Shown here piece after piece: positions 48,868 to 58,254 of a stretch of DNA of 64,000 nucleotides. The notes under the pieces are model-generated. The model did no database searches and had not been told where the DNA came from. It saw nothing but the letters and a program-made list of their open reading frames with translations. Made by a program: the position numbers and the translations under genes. Every line of letters starts with the position of its first letter. Within the stretch, counting starts at the first letter, position 1. The DNA comes from Octopus vulgaris (taxonomy: Eukaryota), in contig OX597816.1 of NCBI GenBank assembly GCA_951406725.2, positions 171,368,001 through 171,432,000 on the forward strand, written 5' to 3'.

Positions 48868-50385
48868 TGTGTGTGTATATATGTGTGTGTGTGGTAATGC
48901 TTCAACAAACAGTAGAAAAGCACTTGATTAGCTAAAAGATTGAAGATACTCTTATAATGAAAAACCACAGATCTTGTAAAGACAGCTACCTAGGGTTTCC
49001 TGGTCAAAATAATTTATTCCACCATCCCTTATTTCCTTGTGTTCCTATATTAATAGGTCCAAAAATGTTCAGAGTGTTCTCTTAGAAAACTTTATCTCTA
49101 AAAACAACTTGAGAACCTTCAATGAACACATAAATTTGAGGAACATTTTTTTCTGTTAGTTCACATTTCAAGAATTACATCTTGTCAGTATTTAGAAGTA
49201 GGACACCAGACACTTAGTAAACCGTTAACGACTTGTTTATGTCTGCTTGACATTGAATTATTGTAACATTGGTTATCTCTTTTGTGTTTTTCTTCTTTTC
49301 TTCTTTACAAGCGTCTCTTGTTTAAAAGTTATCTGCTCAAAAGACAACGTACAAACAGTCTTGTTTTCAAGCTTGATAAAGGGCAGAATAAATTATTTTG
49401 ACCAGGAAACTATGAGTGGCTGTGTAAACAAGATCTGTGGTTTTTTTATGCCGCAATCAAATAACTGAAACAAGTATATAAATAAATAAATATATGTGTA
49501 GATGAGATGCAGTTCAGATTTGTGCTAAGCAGGAGCATGACTGATGCTATATATTCCAGGTTAGGCAACTGCAGGAGAAATATCTAGTCTGTACCTGGCT
49601 TTTGTCAACATGGGGAAAGCCTTTGACAGAGTTCCGTTCCCTTATCTGGTCAATGTGGAAGCTAAGGATAGATGAGTGATTGGTGAGAGCTATTCAAGCC
49701 ATGTTCAGGGATGCTGTCAGTCAGGTGAAGGTTAGCAACAAATATAGCAATGAATTTAGGGTAGATGTAGGGGTTCACCAAGGATCAGTCCCCTCTTGTT
49801 CAATTTAGTCCTCCAGACAATAACAGGAATTTAAGATGGGCTGCCCCAGGAGCTCCTCTAAGCTGATGACTTTGTTCTTATAGCCAAATCACTACCAGAA
49901 CTAGAGAAGAAATTTCAGATATGGAAGCAAGGTCTAGAATTAAAAGGCCTTAGAGTTAACCTAGCAAAATCCAAAGTCTTAGTAAGTAGGAGAGCAGACA
50001 AATCACAAATCCCTTGAGACAGATGGTCCTACTCAATCTGTAGAAACCTTGTCAAATCAGATTGGAGCCTGGTGCAGCCTCCTAGCTTGCCAGTTCTCAG
50101 TCAAATCGTCTAATCCATGCCATGATAATGATGATGAAAGAAAAGTGAAGTAAGTAGAAAGTTAGATGAAAACTAAGTTTAAAAATATTAAAATTGCATG
50201 TGAAGATAGTAAGAGTTGAAAAAAAATCAGTGAAAATGAGGAATAAAAGTCAATTATTTACCAGGTTTATACTCTTTCACATAGTTACTTGGGAACCAGC
50301 CAGTTTTACCATTTAGAGTACCTTCCCACCATCCACCATCGACTACCTGGGTTACCGTGATAAGATCACCTTTCTGGAAGACCAA
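2365..50385 (-). CDS. ARHGEF7: PIX-family Rho guanine nucleotide exchange factor (beta-PIX/ARHGEF7-like), partial: 11 internal exons encoding SH3-DH-PH
   Basis: Manually spliced GT-AG exons give one open frame of 387 codons. It contains SH3 ([20 protein letters not shown]), DH ([28 protein letters not shown]) and PH ([13 protein letters not shown]...SGY) motifs in PIX order. The start and C-terminal exons were not found in the window. Confidence 0.93.
3300..3440 (-). mobile_element. pogo/Tigger-like terminal relic
   Basis: Ends in TTTTTACGGTA, with repeated GTGCAAATTTACA-like subterminal motifs. Confidence 0.35.
3482..3557 (-). CDS. ARHGEF7: PIX exon, PH domain ([25 protein letters not shown])
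   Basis: attacag acceptor, gtaagt donor, 76 nt, phase 0 to 1. Confidence 0.9.
4159..4332. mobile_element. Tc1/mariner-like MITE
   Basis: TIRs GGGTGCTGAAAAAGTTCCTGACTTT and AAAGCCAGGAACTTTTCAACACCC. Confidence 0.7.
4568..4795. mobile_element. piggyBac-like MITE family 1
   Basis: TTAA-CCCTTTAGCATTCA ... TGAATGCTAAAGGA-TTAA; homologous to 14929 and 30634. Confidence 0.75.
5453..5602 (-). CDS. ARHGEF7: PIX exon, PH domain ([14 protein letters not shown]...LSGYHYE)
   Basis: tttgcag acceptor, gtttgt donor, 150 nt, phase 0 to 0. Confidence 0.93.
5930..6312 (+). mobile_element. Non-autonomous Helitron
   Basis: 5' TC, 3' hairpin CCTGAGCAACGCCGGG then CTAG, inserted between A and T; highly similar inverted copy at 43667-44033. 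Confidence 0.8.
6583..6954 (-). mobile_element. tRNA-derived SINE family A
   Basis: A-box TGGCTGTGTGG, B-box GGTTCAGTCC, internal (TA)/(TG) tract, (GTAAAAGA)n tail; more than 10 copies in the window. Confidence 0.9.
7298..7560 (-). mobile_element. RTE-tailed SINE family D
   Basis: (GAT)n tail, AGGAAGGGCATCCAGC motif, GTGCCGGTGGCAC units. Confidence 0.8.
8418..8839 (+). mobile_element. SINE family A
   Basis: Same head, body and tail as other copies; internal deletion of the B-box region. Confidence 0.9.
8889..8969 (-). CDS. ARHGEF7: PIX exon, DH-PH junction ([27 protein letters not shown])
   Basis: ttatag acceptor, gtatgt donor, 81 nt; PIX motif RKRKE..WEG. Confidence 0.93.
9072..9470 (+). 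mobile_element. SINE family A, full length
   Basis: tRNA head through GTAAAAGAGT tail. Confidence 0.9.
9780..10065 (+). mobile_element. CRE-like non-LTR retrotransposon 3' relic (restriction-like endonuclease)
   Basis: ORF reads [11 protein letters not shown]...FMPVAVE, then after a frameshift [12 protein letters not shown]. This matches the RLE-clade E..K..KY..L..F.P.A.E / S.A.QRGNA pattern. Confidence 0.65.
10229..10279 (+). ncRNA. Minimal type I hammerhead ribozyme, G3-C8 variant core
   Basis: Stem I TTTGTCA/TGACAAA; core GTGAACA plus G; stem II GTCGC/GCGAC; GAA; palindromic stem III AATATT; U17. Confidence 0.75.
12203..12605 (+). mobile_element. SINE family A, full length
   Basis: Full head, body and tail; followed by an older degenerate SINE-like stretch. 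Confidence 0.9.
13075..13372 (+). mobile_element. Bipartite non-autonomous RTE derivative (LINE 5' end plus (GAT)n 3' tail)
   Basis: 13128-13298 aligns with the 5' UTR of the LINE at 16861-17032, then continues directly into a (GAT)n tail. Confidence 0.7.
14253..14312 (-). CDS. ARHGEF7: PIX exon, DH end ([20 protein letters not shown])
   Basis: ttttatag acceptor, gtaagt donor, 60 nt, phase 0 to 0. Confidence 0.92.
14929..15327. mobile_element. piggyBac-like MITE family 1 with nested SINE family B (about 14951-15158, minus)
   Basis: TTAA-CCCTTTAG/CTAAAGGG-TTAA ends; nested SINE flanked by a 17-bp TSD CCTTTAGTGTTCAGATT. Confidence 0.8.
16861..19800 (+). mobile_element. Near full-length degenerate RTE-clade LINE (APE, RT, Cys/His finger)
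   Basis: [12 protein letters not shown]...[12 protein letters not shown] and TEIDF; [28 protein letters not shown] and LYADD; finger CGVC...CIRC..SHGRC; many stops and frameshifts. Confidence 0.9.
19821..20158. repeat. Compound microsatellite/minisatellite (CA)nTATCTAAA(TA)n
   Basis: About 9 tandem units with TCTAAA anchors; probable PLE insertion target. Confidence 0.9.
20256..20295 (-). ncRNA. Minimal type I hammerhead-like motif in the PLE 3' terminal repeat
   Basis: TCTTT-CTGTTGA-A-GAGC(GTAG)GCTC-GAA-ACGT-T-AAAGA; A6 replaced by U. Confidence 0.65.
20461..20790. repeat. Tandem repeat of about 105-110 bp, three units, in the PLE 3' UTR
   Basis: AGTGCGTA..GGTCTGGACGTG..GGTTGG..(TATGTATTAG)n recurs at about 20467, 20571 and 20677. 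Confidence 0.85.
23862..24276. mobile_element. TIR MITE, Merlin-like (inferred)
   Basis: TIR (G/A)GATCTTTTCGGTTTGAACGGCAGTTT; 8-bp TSD AAACTATT; internal CCCTAACCCTAA. Confidence 0.75.
24957..25320 (-). mobile_element. SINE family A
   Basis: Reverse complement of the family A pattern. Confidence 0.88.
26049..26187 (-). CDS. ARHGEF7: PIX exon, DH CR3 ([46 protein letters not shown])
   Basis: ttgacag acceptor, gtaaca donor, 139 nt, phase 2 to 0. Confidence 0.95.
27478..27600 (-). CDS. ARHGEF7: PIX exon, DH ([40 protein letters not shown])
   Basis: atttag acceptor, gtaaga donor, 123 nt, phase 2 to 2. Confidence 0.93.
27790..28146 (+). mobile_element. CR1/L2-like LINE 3' end
   Basis: NTRGHIYKV...[17 protein letters not shown]; 3' UTR ending in (ATT)n. 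Confidence 0.85.
28370..28580 (-). mobile_element. SINE family B (GCCTTTCATCC..GGGGTCGATAAA core)
   Basis: Diverged match to the copy at 56404-56600. Confidence 0.75.
28795..29137 (-). mobile_element. tRNA-derived SINE family C variant
   Basis: GGCTCAGTGGTTAGAGTG head and GAGCAAGACACTTTATTT core. Confidence 0.75.
29635..30022. mobile_element. TIR MITE, second copy of the 23862 family
   Basis: GGATCTTTTC...GAAAAGATCC ends and colinear interior; ends about 30 nt from the exon donor. Confidence 0.8.
30054..30149 (-). CDS. ARHGEF7: PIX exon, DH ([31 protein letters not shown])
   Basis: ctttcag acceptor, gtaaga donor, 96 nt, phase 2 to 2. Confidence 0.93.
30634..30851. mobile_element. piggyBac-like MITE family 1, diverged
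   Basis: TTAA flanks; homology to 4568-4795. Confidence 0.65.
31057..31285. mobile_element. piggyBac-like MITE family 2
   Basis: TTAA-CCCTTTTGTTAC ... GTAACGAAAGGG-TTAA; copies at 35963 and 39353. Confidence 0.8.
31800..32200 (-). mobile_element. SINE family D with four internal hairpin units
   Basis: (CAT)n tail on the plus strand; GTGCCACCGGCAC-type unit every 61-67 nt. Confidence 0.85.
32947..33502 (-). mobile_element. CR1-like 3' UTR interrupted by SINE family A (32969-33357, plus)
   Basis: Both flanks join to the reverse complement of 27972-28140. Confidence 0.8.
33786..33880 (-). CDS. ARHGEF7: PIX exon, DH start ([31 protein letters not shown])
   Basis: cttacag acceptor, gtaagt donor, 95 nt, phase 0 to 2; DH CR1 motif ETE. 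Confidence 0.93.
34172..34600 (+). mobile_element. SINE family A, full length
   Basis: tRNA head, long (TA)n, tail. Confidence 0.9.
35005..35232 (-). mobile_element. RTE-like LINE 3' end
   Basis: LLLWKP...[10 protein letters not shown]...AMMDREVWR, stop codon, (GAT)n tail. Confidence 0.8.
35963..36191. mobile_element. piggyBac-like MITE family 2
   Basis: TTAA-CCCTTT...AAAGGG-TTAA; interrupts a SINE head at about 35937. Confidence 0.8.
36725..37090 (-). mobile_element. R4/Dong-like RLE LINE 3' end next to (TAA)n
   Basis: [11 protein letters not shown]...[17 protein letters not shown] motif plus 3' UTR. Confidence 0.75.
37091..37178. repeat. (ATT)n microsatellite
   Basis: Read directly from the sequence. 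Confidence 0.95.
37181..37488 (+). mobile_element. SINE family D
   Basis: Two GTGCCGGTGGCAC-type units, GGAAGGGCATCC motif, (GAT)n tail. Confidence 0.85.
38113..38545 (-). mobile_element. SINE family D, diverged, about four units
   Basis: Homology to 31800-32200. Confidence 0.8.
38701..39140 (+). mobile_element. Non-coding retrozyme/PLE-terminal-repeat-like element
   Basis: 37-38 nt terminal direct repeat (38739-38776, 39095-39131); 30-nt inverted repeat (38711-38740, 38797-38826); central HHR; (TA)n flanks. Confidence 0.7.
38921..38965 (+). ncRNA. Type I hammerhead ribozyme, U3-A8 variant core, GUC cleavage site
   Basis: CGTACG-TTGACAA-GAGG(CAAATA)CCTC-GAA-ACTGCAGT-C-CGTGCG; stem I extends into a long rod (38881-39010). 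Confidence 0.82.
39353..39581. mobile_element. piggyBac-like MITE family 2, opposite orientation
   Basis: TTAA-CCCTTTCGTTAC/GTAACGAAAGGG-TTAA. Confidence 0.82.
40048..40446 (+). mobile_element. SINE family A, full length
   Basis: Family pattern. Confidence 0.9.
40765..41065 (-). mobile_element. SINE family C
   Basis: Homologous to 62718-63041. Confidence 0.8.
41443..41534 (-). CDS. ARHGEF7: PIX exon, SH3-DH linker ([31 protein letters not shown])
   Basis: gtttcag acceptor, gtaagt donor, 92 nt, phase 1 to 0; FYHNV leads into the DH start. Confidence 0.88.
43470..45572 (+). mobile_element. Degenerate Penelope-like element (RT C-terminus, GIY-YIG, terminal repeat); Naiad-like by inference
   Basis: DYP..RLPILD..W...[46 protein letters not shown]...EH, RQIWE...LNRK; starts in (TA)n. 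Confidence 0.8.
43667..44033 (-). mobile_element. Non-autonomous Helitron nested in the PLE ORF
   Basis: CTAG and hairpin at 43667, TC end at 44033; removing it restores ADLVR-IMNS at an A/T junction. Confidence 0.85.
45964..46368 (-). mobile_element. SINE family A, full length
   Basis: Family pattern. Confidence 0.9.
46447..47160 (-). mobile_element. Degenerate LINE fragment (APE/linker region, RTE-like)
   Basis: Purine-rich minus strand similar in style to 17100-18100; reading frames broken. Confidence 0.4.
47376..48098. mobile_element. Head-to-head inverted pair of PLE terminal repeats (same family as 45340-45572)
   Basis: 47376-47640 is the reverse complement of about 45310-45572; 47959-48098 is a forward copy; (TA)n on both sides. 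Confidence 0.8.
47529..47565 (-). ncRNA. Minimal hammerhead motif, U3-A8 core
   Basis: CTA-TTGAAAA-G-GTTG(AAAGACA)CAAC-GAA-AATT-T-TAG; degenerate homologs at 45382-45418 and 47977-48013. Confidence 0.6.
48430..48560 (-). mobile_element. SINE family B, 3' part
   Basis: TTTCTTTATTGCCC..GGGGCTAAACATAGAGGGGAC..GGATGAAAGGCAAAGTC. Confidence 0.85.
48565..48799. repeat. Long imperfect inverted repeat (hairpin)
   Basis: Arms 48565-48681 and 48709-48799 are reverse complements with indels; 27-nt loop. Confidence 0.85.
49495..50045 (+). mobile_element. RTE LINE RT fragment
   Basis: VDEMQF...[28 protein letters not shown]; degenerate. Confidence 0.85.
50262..50385 (-). CDS. ARHGEF7: PIX exon, SH3 domain ([41 protein letters not shown])
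   Basis: ttttgcag acceptor, gtaaat donor, 124 nt, phase 0 to 1. Confidence 0.95.
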
Positions 50386-51554
50386 CTGCAAAAAGAAAAC
50401 ATAAGACATAAGATATATAACACATTAAAAAAAGAAAAGAGATGCACACAAAGTAACATATACTGACGACTCCCATTTAGGGGACACAAGGTATTTGTTT
50501 CGAGTTTTATTGTTTATATATTTTCATTTTTTTTTTTTTGGTATCATTATCATAAGAACAATTCGTTAATCCTTCATATATGTCAATCTACTCAATACTG
50601 CCTTTGATCTCTTCATATCACCCGTCCTAGAACCAAATATATTAAAGTGTTCAAATTAAATTAAAATCTCAGTCATAATTTAACTTTGCTTATCTATATA
50701 AACTGCCAGAAATTTCTCATTAGTTATTTGGCTGTACCTTGGCATCTACAGGTTACAAAATAAGGAGGACTGTAGGATGCTTGGGTAGGGGACAAAGGGC
50801 TTAGAACTGTCTAACAATTGGTGAATTCACATCCTAATAAAAAGCCAACTGCATCTCAGCTTCAAACTTGTACTCACTTTCATACAACTTTTTCTACTAG
50901 TTTCATAAACTGAAATATCTATAATTAGCCCCCGTCTTTCTCTCTTTTCCTCCCCTCATGTTCTCCAAATATAATTTCCTTGCTCTTGTAATAGGCTGAT
51001 AACATTAATGTTACACAAGTCACTGGGGATGACGATTTCCTGCAAAAACCAAAAGACCTGCAACTTCCTGTTTTCGTATTCTCTATTGCCTTACTAACCA
51101 AAATTGTAAAAAATTTTGCTGTTTCCATAAGAGATAGGTTTTCACTGCCTCGTTCATATTTCTTCAAAACCTCTCATCCTGACACTAATGTAATGCTTTC
51201 TTTTCACTATCACAGCTAAGAAGTGCATCAATATTGTTTTAAATAATACTTCTTCCACCAATGACAACATGATTCAACTAAACTCTCTTGCAATATGGAA
51301 TTCTTTAATTCTTTCATTCCTACATGCAAAATGAGCAAACTTTAAATATTTGGATATACATGCTTTTTTTCCAGGTTGCAATGGCAGATCTAAACAGTCG
51401 AGTTTGATCTTGGTCCCATGTCATAATTAAGGCCTTGGGTCTTCAGAATATCATTTCCATTATCATAAGCTTACAATAAAATACAAACATACAAGTTGAA
51501 AATTAATTTCCAAAATCAACCAAATATAACAGAACTAGTCTGTTAAAACAATGC

Positions 51555-51772
51555 ACTATCCGATCGTGGCCATTTGCCAGACTCGTCTGGCACCTGTGCC
51601 GGTGGCACATAAAAAGCACCCACTACACTCGTGGAGTGGGTGGCGTTAGGAAGGGCATCCAGCCGTAGAAACATTGCCAGATAAAACTGGGCCTGGTGCA
51701 GCCTTCTGGCTTCCCAGACCCCAGTTGAACCGTCCAACCCATGCTAGCATGGAAAGCGGACGATGATGATGA
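51555..51772 (+). mobile_element. SINE family D
   Basis: Family pattern, (GAT)n tail. Confidence 0.85.
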
Positions 51773-52434
51773 ATTCATACAGGTCTATCAGTAAAGCCAT
51801 TTTCATAGAATATTGTCTAAAATAGTACCAATTTCACTTAACAGACTAAATGACTAGTGTCAAGAATGACAAATGCCCATAAAAAAAAAAATTAGACAAA
51901 TAGGTTTAAAGAAAAAAACTTGTTTGATGAATATAGTGTAAAAGCCAGATATTTCAATGCACACAATCATGGAAACACAACTGGAAAATAGAACAAAAAA
52001 CACTGTAGATATTAAATTAAGCTGAGTTATTATTTCTCCAAAACAGGGATTAATAAGTGACTGATAATTAGTTTAGTAAAGGTCATTTATGAAGTACTAA
52101 ACCATTATGGGAAATAGGGAAAGCAGACACAGCTTCTCAGTATGACAAATGTTATGTTATACACTGCAAAGTGACTGGATTTGATAGCATTCCGCAATCA
52201 TGTTGAATTCATTAAGTGGCCACTTTCTCCACCAAATATATTTTGCAATCTTTCTTATCTTTCATGTCCAAAAAAGCAACTTTTGTATCTTGTTTCCTGT
52301 GAGTCTGTGAGTTATAGTCTCTACATGCATCATCTATCACTACTACAAATGATCTCAACAAATCTGAATTTGCCAGCTCAATGTGACTCGCCTTTCATCT
52401 TTTGTCTTTGTGATCCAACTCCCAGACCTCATAT

Positions 52435-52665
52435 CTGTTTCTTTATTACCCACAAGGGGCTAAACATAGAGGGGACAAACAAGGACAGACAAATGGATTA
52501 AGTCGATTACAGCGACCCCAGTGCGTAACTGGTACTTAATTTATCGACCCCGAATGGATGAAAGGCAAAGTCGACCTCGGCGGAATTTGAACTCAGAACG
52601 TAACACAGACGAAATACGGCTACGCATTTCGCGCGGCGTGCTAACGATTCTGCCAGCTCGCCTGC
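52435..52665 (-). mobile_element. SINE family B, full length
   Basis: GGCGAGCTGGCAGAATCG head, GAGTTCAAATTCC B-box, conserved core. Confidence 0.88.
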
Positions 52666-53185
52666 CTCACATCAATCATTTAATATCAATGTCCAGACCT
52701 CATCTCAATCATTCAGTATCAATGTCCTTGTCCAAAAGTGAATAACACTAATATGAGCAAGAATTTTAACAGATTACTTCTAATATCAAAAATCTTGTGG
52801 TTTAGCTACTTATTTGAATTACATGGTGTATTACCATGGACTCAACTTTGGCCTAGAAGGGATTAAACTACATTTTTAATGATAAGCACCTTTTATAACA
52901 CAGAAACACAATACAAGTAAACCTCATTAAATGAAGAAAAGTAATATCAAACTTATTAATAATGATTTTCAATACTAGTATGAGGCAGTTTTGAGGCAGA
53001 GACAATCAATTAAATCCATTCCAGTACTTGACCATAGTTTTTTGTTTTTGTTTTTTTCTGTTGTTTTATTGTTTTTTTTTTTTAATATTAAGATTTGAGG
53101 TATGAAATGTAAATGTTAGAAATTTAGTTTGATGTGCCACTGATTCAGCCATTCACCTCCCAAAATAGCCAATAAATTTCATAGG

Positions 53186-53426
53186 CTCTCTCTCTTTTAC
53201 TCTTTTACTTGTTTCAGTCATTTGACTGTGGCCGTGCTGGAGCACCGCCTTTAGTCGAGCAAATCGACTCCGGGACTTATTCTTTTGTAAGCCCAGTACT
53301 TATTCTATTGGTCTGTTTTGCCGAACCGCTAAGTGACAGGGACATAAACACACCAGCATCGGTTGTCAAGCAATGCTAGGGGGACAAACACAGACACACA
53401 AACACATACACACACACATATATATA

Positions 53427-53465
<39 letters not shown>

Positions 53466-53627
53466 GACAGGCTTCTTTCAGTTTCCATCTACCAAATCCA
53501 CTCACAAGGCATTGGTCGGCCCGGGGCTATAGCAGAAGACACTTGCCCAAGATGCCACGCAGTGGGACTGAACCCGGGACCATGTGGTTGGTTAGCAAGC
53601 TACTTACCATACAGCCACTCCTGCGCC
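53186..53627 (-). mobile_element. SINE family A, full length
   Basis: Family pattern. Confidence 0.9.
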
Positions 53628-53678
53628 TTTACTTTTCTTTCAAAAAAATACCTTCTGTTAACAGCTTACCACATTCTG

Positions 53679-53726
<48 letters not shown>

Positions 53727-54569
53727 CCAAATATCAAAACCAGATTCACTCCAATCTGTACCGTTATATTGTTCAAAAATATTGATTAACCAATAATGTT
53801 GGAGTTAACTCCCCTGGTTGATGCTTTTAAACAGCTCTAGAGGGAGATTTTGCCTAGTAATTTCTGGGATAATCTAAGATGATCAAAGTTTCCTGTTCAC
53901 TATATTATATGTGTGAGACCCTAGTGAATTTATATCTAATATGAAGATATTTTCCTCCAGTCAGATCGTTAATCTCCCTTAATGAGCTTTATCAAAAGAC
54001 AAGCTAAATTTATGCCTACAGTTTGTCACTTAGAGTTTATATAGCAAAAGGCTGTTACATAGCTGTTATTACAACTACCATGATTCCAGACATCAATGTA
54101 AGATTATATTCGCAGCTGTTTCCAATTTCAATTATCTCCAAATGTGTTTTAGCAGTATTATTTCTTTCTTCTTTTTTTTTTTTTTTTTTGCATACATTTG
54201 ACAGAAGTTTTGAAAATGTGCTTTGAAGCTAACTTTTTCCTCTGTATTCAAAGAATCTCAACATAACCATAAAATTATCATTCTTCACACTTTTACACTT
54301 CCATTATTTGTATGAGTAATTCTAAGAATTAATACTTTATATTTTTTTCAGTTACATCCCTTTACATTCTAAATATGATTCTTGTGTGAATCAACTTTTA
54401 CCATTTTATTACTAGAGTAATAAAATAGGTACTGGTACAGGTCAATTCTAATATTTCCCGTACACATTCGTGGGATTTTGCAAAAGTAAAAAGAAATAAC
54501 CATTTTCTTTCTATCTATATTATACATGCTTAGGTATACATATATATAAATACAATGAATTTAACGGTA

Positions 54570-54830
54570 TGCACCAGAGATTGTGTTACTATAGACATGT
54601 GATGCATTTGGAGGGTGTCAGTTATGTGAGGAAATGTTGAGTGCACCAGGTAGATGGAAACAGAATCAGAGGAAGACCAAGGAAGAGATGGGACAAAGTC
54701 GTCAAGATAAATTTCAAGAGGATGAACCTCACAAAGGCGTAACAAATGACTACAAATTATGGCAAAGTACTTGTGCTGCAAAGAATCCTCCCAACCCATA
54801 CAAGCGTAGTAAAAACTGACATAAATATGT
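54570..54830 (+). mobile_element. RTE LINE 3' fragment, degenerate
   Basis: RGRPRKRW motif; SNPYKRSK tail resembling the family D tail. Confidence 0.6.
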
Positions 54831-54853
54831 GGTGGGGATAAATGTAGAAATAT

Positions 54854-55171
54854 TGTGCCGGTGGCACATAAAAAGCACCATCCGAACGTGGCCGATGCCA
54901 GCACTGCCTTGACTGGCTTCCGTGCTGGTGGCACGTTAAAAGCACCAACCGATCGTGGCTGATGCCAGACTACCGTGGCACCTGTGCCGGTGGCACGTAA
55001 AAAGCACCCACTACACTCGCGGAGTGGTTGGTGTTAGGAAGGGCATCCAGCTGTAGAAACACTGCCAGATCAGACTGGAGCCTGGTGTAGCCCCTGGATT
55101 CACAGACCCAAGTCGAACCGTCCAACTCGTGCTAGCACGGAAAACGGGCGTTAAACGATGATGATGATGAT
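54854..55171 (+). mobile_element. SINE family D with three units
   Basis: Family pattern. Confidence 0.85.
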
Positions 55172-56314
55172 GTGGGCCTCTTCCAGCCCAAATGTTTAAA
55201 TTAAGTCATTACAAACTACAATACTCCTCTCTTCTTTATTCTTTCATTTATCACTAACCCCTTCACCCAACAATACACCTCCCTGTTATCTCTTCCCCAT
55301 CAGACCAGCTGTGTAATGAAGGATGGCCTCATATTGCATCTGTATGCTCCTTTTATCACTGTACTTCTTTATTGCTAGCTGTCACCGACTTTCTTTCTTC
55401 TCTCTTGTATACACCATCTGATACCTCTAACAACCAGTTCTCTCTCAGCTCATTTCTGTTCTGTGCTCAATGCCTCCTAACATTACTCATCCAGAAGCAC
55501 ATGCTTACTATATTTCCAACCTTTGCACATCCTCTGCTGCATAAATGCCCATGCTTTGCTACCATTCAACAATACAACTAGTAACCAGTGTAAGGATGGG
55601 AAAAGTGAGAATCTGAAACATTCACAACCCTTGCTGATTAGGAGTTAACAGAAGCTGTCAACTACTAGCAGTCTAGACTTATGAAGAAATAGACTGTCTG
55701 GGTGGTTTTAGTACTAACTATTCAGTTCTTCTCTGCCAGATTGTTTATGATGCCCCTGCAGCTCTTGTGCACCAATAGTTTACTGGGTACATCTAAATGT
55801 GGCAAGAATAAATAGATATATAAATCAATAGTGATTAGTAAAAGGGTTAACCTTCTTACTTTAAATCAATATGATTTGTGGTGGGGTTAAAACAATTTAC
55901 CAAGGAAATAATGGGTGGAAGACATCCATATTTCAAGAGCAATATGGAAAGTATTTTATACTAGAGGTGAGGTCTCATTGTTAAAGTGTAGGCCATGCAA
56001 ATAATTGCAAAATTGTGCTCCTCTTTGAAGGAATTTCAGTCTCTCTCAAATCTAAATGTTTTGTGAAAAATAACACTTTTAATATTTGCTTTCCCCTAAA
56101 TTGTACAATTCTTATTCAATCTTGATATTAAAAAAAAAAGCTAAATACAGGTCATAGTTTAAGCAGAGTCTGTTACTGAATGCTCATGCTGATAAGCTTC
56201 TAAAAGCTTGTCTGAAAAAGTTGATCTGAAACGATCCACTTTAAAATAATGCATGACATAATTTTTGGTAACTCCTTATGTTTGCACAGGCATCATGATG
56301 AGAATGAAGAATTT

Positions 56315-56601
56315 GGAGTTGGCACAAACGTTAGCACGCAGGGCGAAATACTTAACGGTATTTCTGAGTTCAAATTCCTCCGTGGTTAACTTCACCTCTC
56401 CGAAGGTGGTGAGCTGGCAGAAATGTTAGCACGCCGGGTGAAATGCTTAGCGGTATTTCGTCTGCCGCTACGTTCTGAGTTCAAATTCCGCCGAAGTTGA
56501 CTTTGCCTTTCATCCTTTCGGGGTCGATAAATTAAGTACCAGTTACGCACCTTGTTTGTCCCCTCTATGTTTAGCCCCTTGTGGACAATAAAGAAATAAG
56601 A
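56315..56601 (+). mobile_element. SINE family B, tandem partial plus near-full copy
   Basis: Two heads at about 56315 and 56404. Confidence 0.8.
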
Positions 56602-56684
56602 ATTTGAAGGTTTTCATGTGTAAAAAGAAAACAAAATAATTTCAGATTTGTCAACAATAAGCCACAAGCTATAAATGTCCAATA

Positions 56685-57043
56685 TCTATATATATATAAA
56701 GCTGAAGTTGTCTGTGTATGGCAGGTTTGGTAGCCTTCAACTAACACTATCTCCTCTGAGACCCTGTGGCGCAAGTTGACCAAAATTGAGAGTATGACAA
56801 GAAAAAATCGGACCATATTAAGAACAACAGTTATTTACATCAAAAAGGTGCTTATTTTTCTATGAAAATCCCTATTTTTTACGATTTTTTGACTGCTGTA
56901 TCGCCATTTTTCGGTGTATTTCAACCAGAAAAATGCTGACTTAAAGAGAATAACAAGCTACATAATGCAAAAGTTTTACTTTTCAAAAATTCCAATTCTA
57001 AAGGGTCGAAACAAACCTGAGCAACGCTGGGCGATACTGCTAG
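56685..57043 (+). mobile_element. Non-autonomous Helitron, second body type
   Basis: TCTATATATA start; CCTGAGCAACGCTGGGCGATACTGCTAG end; A/T junction. Confidence 0.8.
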
Positions 57044-57976
57044 TGATTAATAATTCCATTGTAATTTTCATAACTCCCACTGTTATTATACTGGCCAGTC
57101 ATGTGTGAAAAGTTAAACTCAACGAATCAAACCCACAAAATGTATAATAAAAAAAAAGTTACTGCTAAGCATAAGCAGTGCTGTGGTTCTCTCTAGCTCA
57201 AGCCAGATGCTTGGTTGGTTATCATCATCCTCATAACAACAGTAGAGAGCTTACAATGACATGTTGCCATGTTTGTACAAAATTACTGAGTTGGAATATG
57301 TCAGCAAAGCTTTGAAACATGCGCAGATGAAACATTTGAAGATGACAGACGCAAGGATAATTGAAAATTATAATTTCATTCAGACAAGTGTGGTAGACAC
57401 TAAAGAATTTGACAAACTGACAGACAGCACATACCACAAAACACTGGTTGACCACAGCAATTTGTCTCTCTTATAAAATTCTACACATGCTTTGAGAGGA
57501 GGCCAGGGAGCCTAACCACAAATATAACATCACAATACCATTCAGTTTTCTGCCCAATCTTGTATTATTGTCATTCTTCCAAATTAACCGAATTACCTAT
57601 GACTCCACTGGTTCCATTTCAATTTCACTAAGAACCATTTGTAGTATAACCCTGTTATATTACACACACACACACATACACACACATGCACACACACACA
57701 CGCACATGTGTGCACACACACACACACGCACGTGTGCACACACACACACACGCACATGTGTGCACACACACACACACGCAAACTCTCTCCCTCTCTCTCT
57801 CATACCAACTCACTCTCTTGCGTGTCTCTCTCTCTCTCTCTCCAAGATCTTGTAAATAAAATTAAACTTTACATGCAATCAATTCCTAAACAAGCCTCTA
57901 AAATTATTGAGTTCAGCCTTTCTTCTCTGAATAAACAAACAAGAAATAATAAAAAAAAACCAACAAAATCTACATT

Positions 57977-58009
<33 letters not shown>

Positions 58010-58254
58010 TAATCTGCAGGCAAAACTCTCATGCTTCTTCAACATCCATTATATAAGTCTCTGTTTCTGTACTGATTGTGCCTCTATTTCATTGTACTTT
58101 ATTATATTACAGACTGTAACATACTTCTTGCACATGCAGAAGTAAGAGTCTTAAACAAACAAAGTATATTTTTGTCATCAACAAAGATCTAAATGTCAGT
58201 GCCACATATTCATCGTGTGCTACTGATACCCACCCAGTTTATTTATTATACATA

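Noticed and set aside
50462-50490. CTGACGA followed by a hairpin
   Set aside because: No GAAA after stem II.
56185-56240. CTGATAA/CTGAAAA...GAAACG motifs
   Set aside because: The 3-8 positions are not complementary and there is no stem I.
57597-57651. AG...GT bounded 55-nt candidate upstream exon
   Set aside because: No polypyrimidine tract and no frame resembling the missing SH3 N-terminus or a CH domain.
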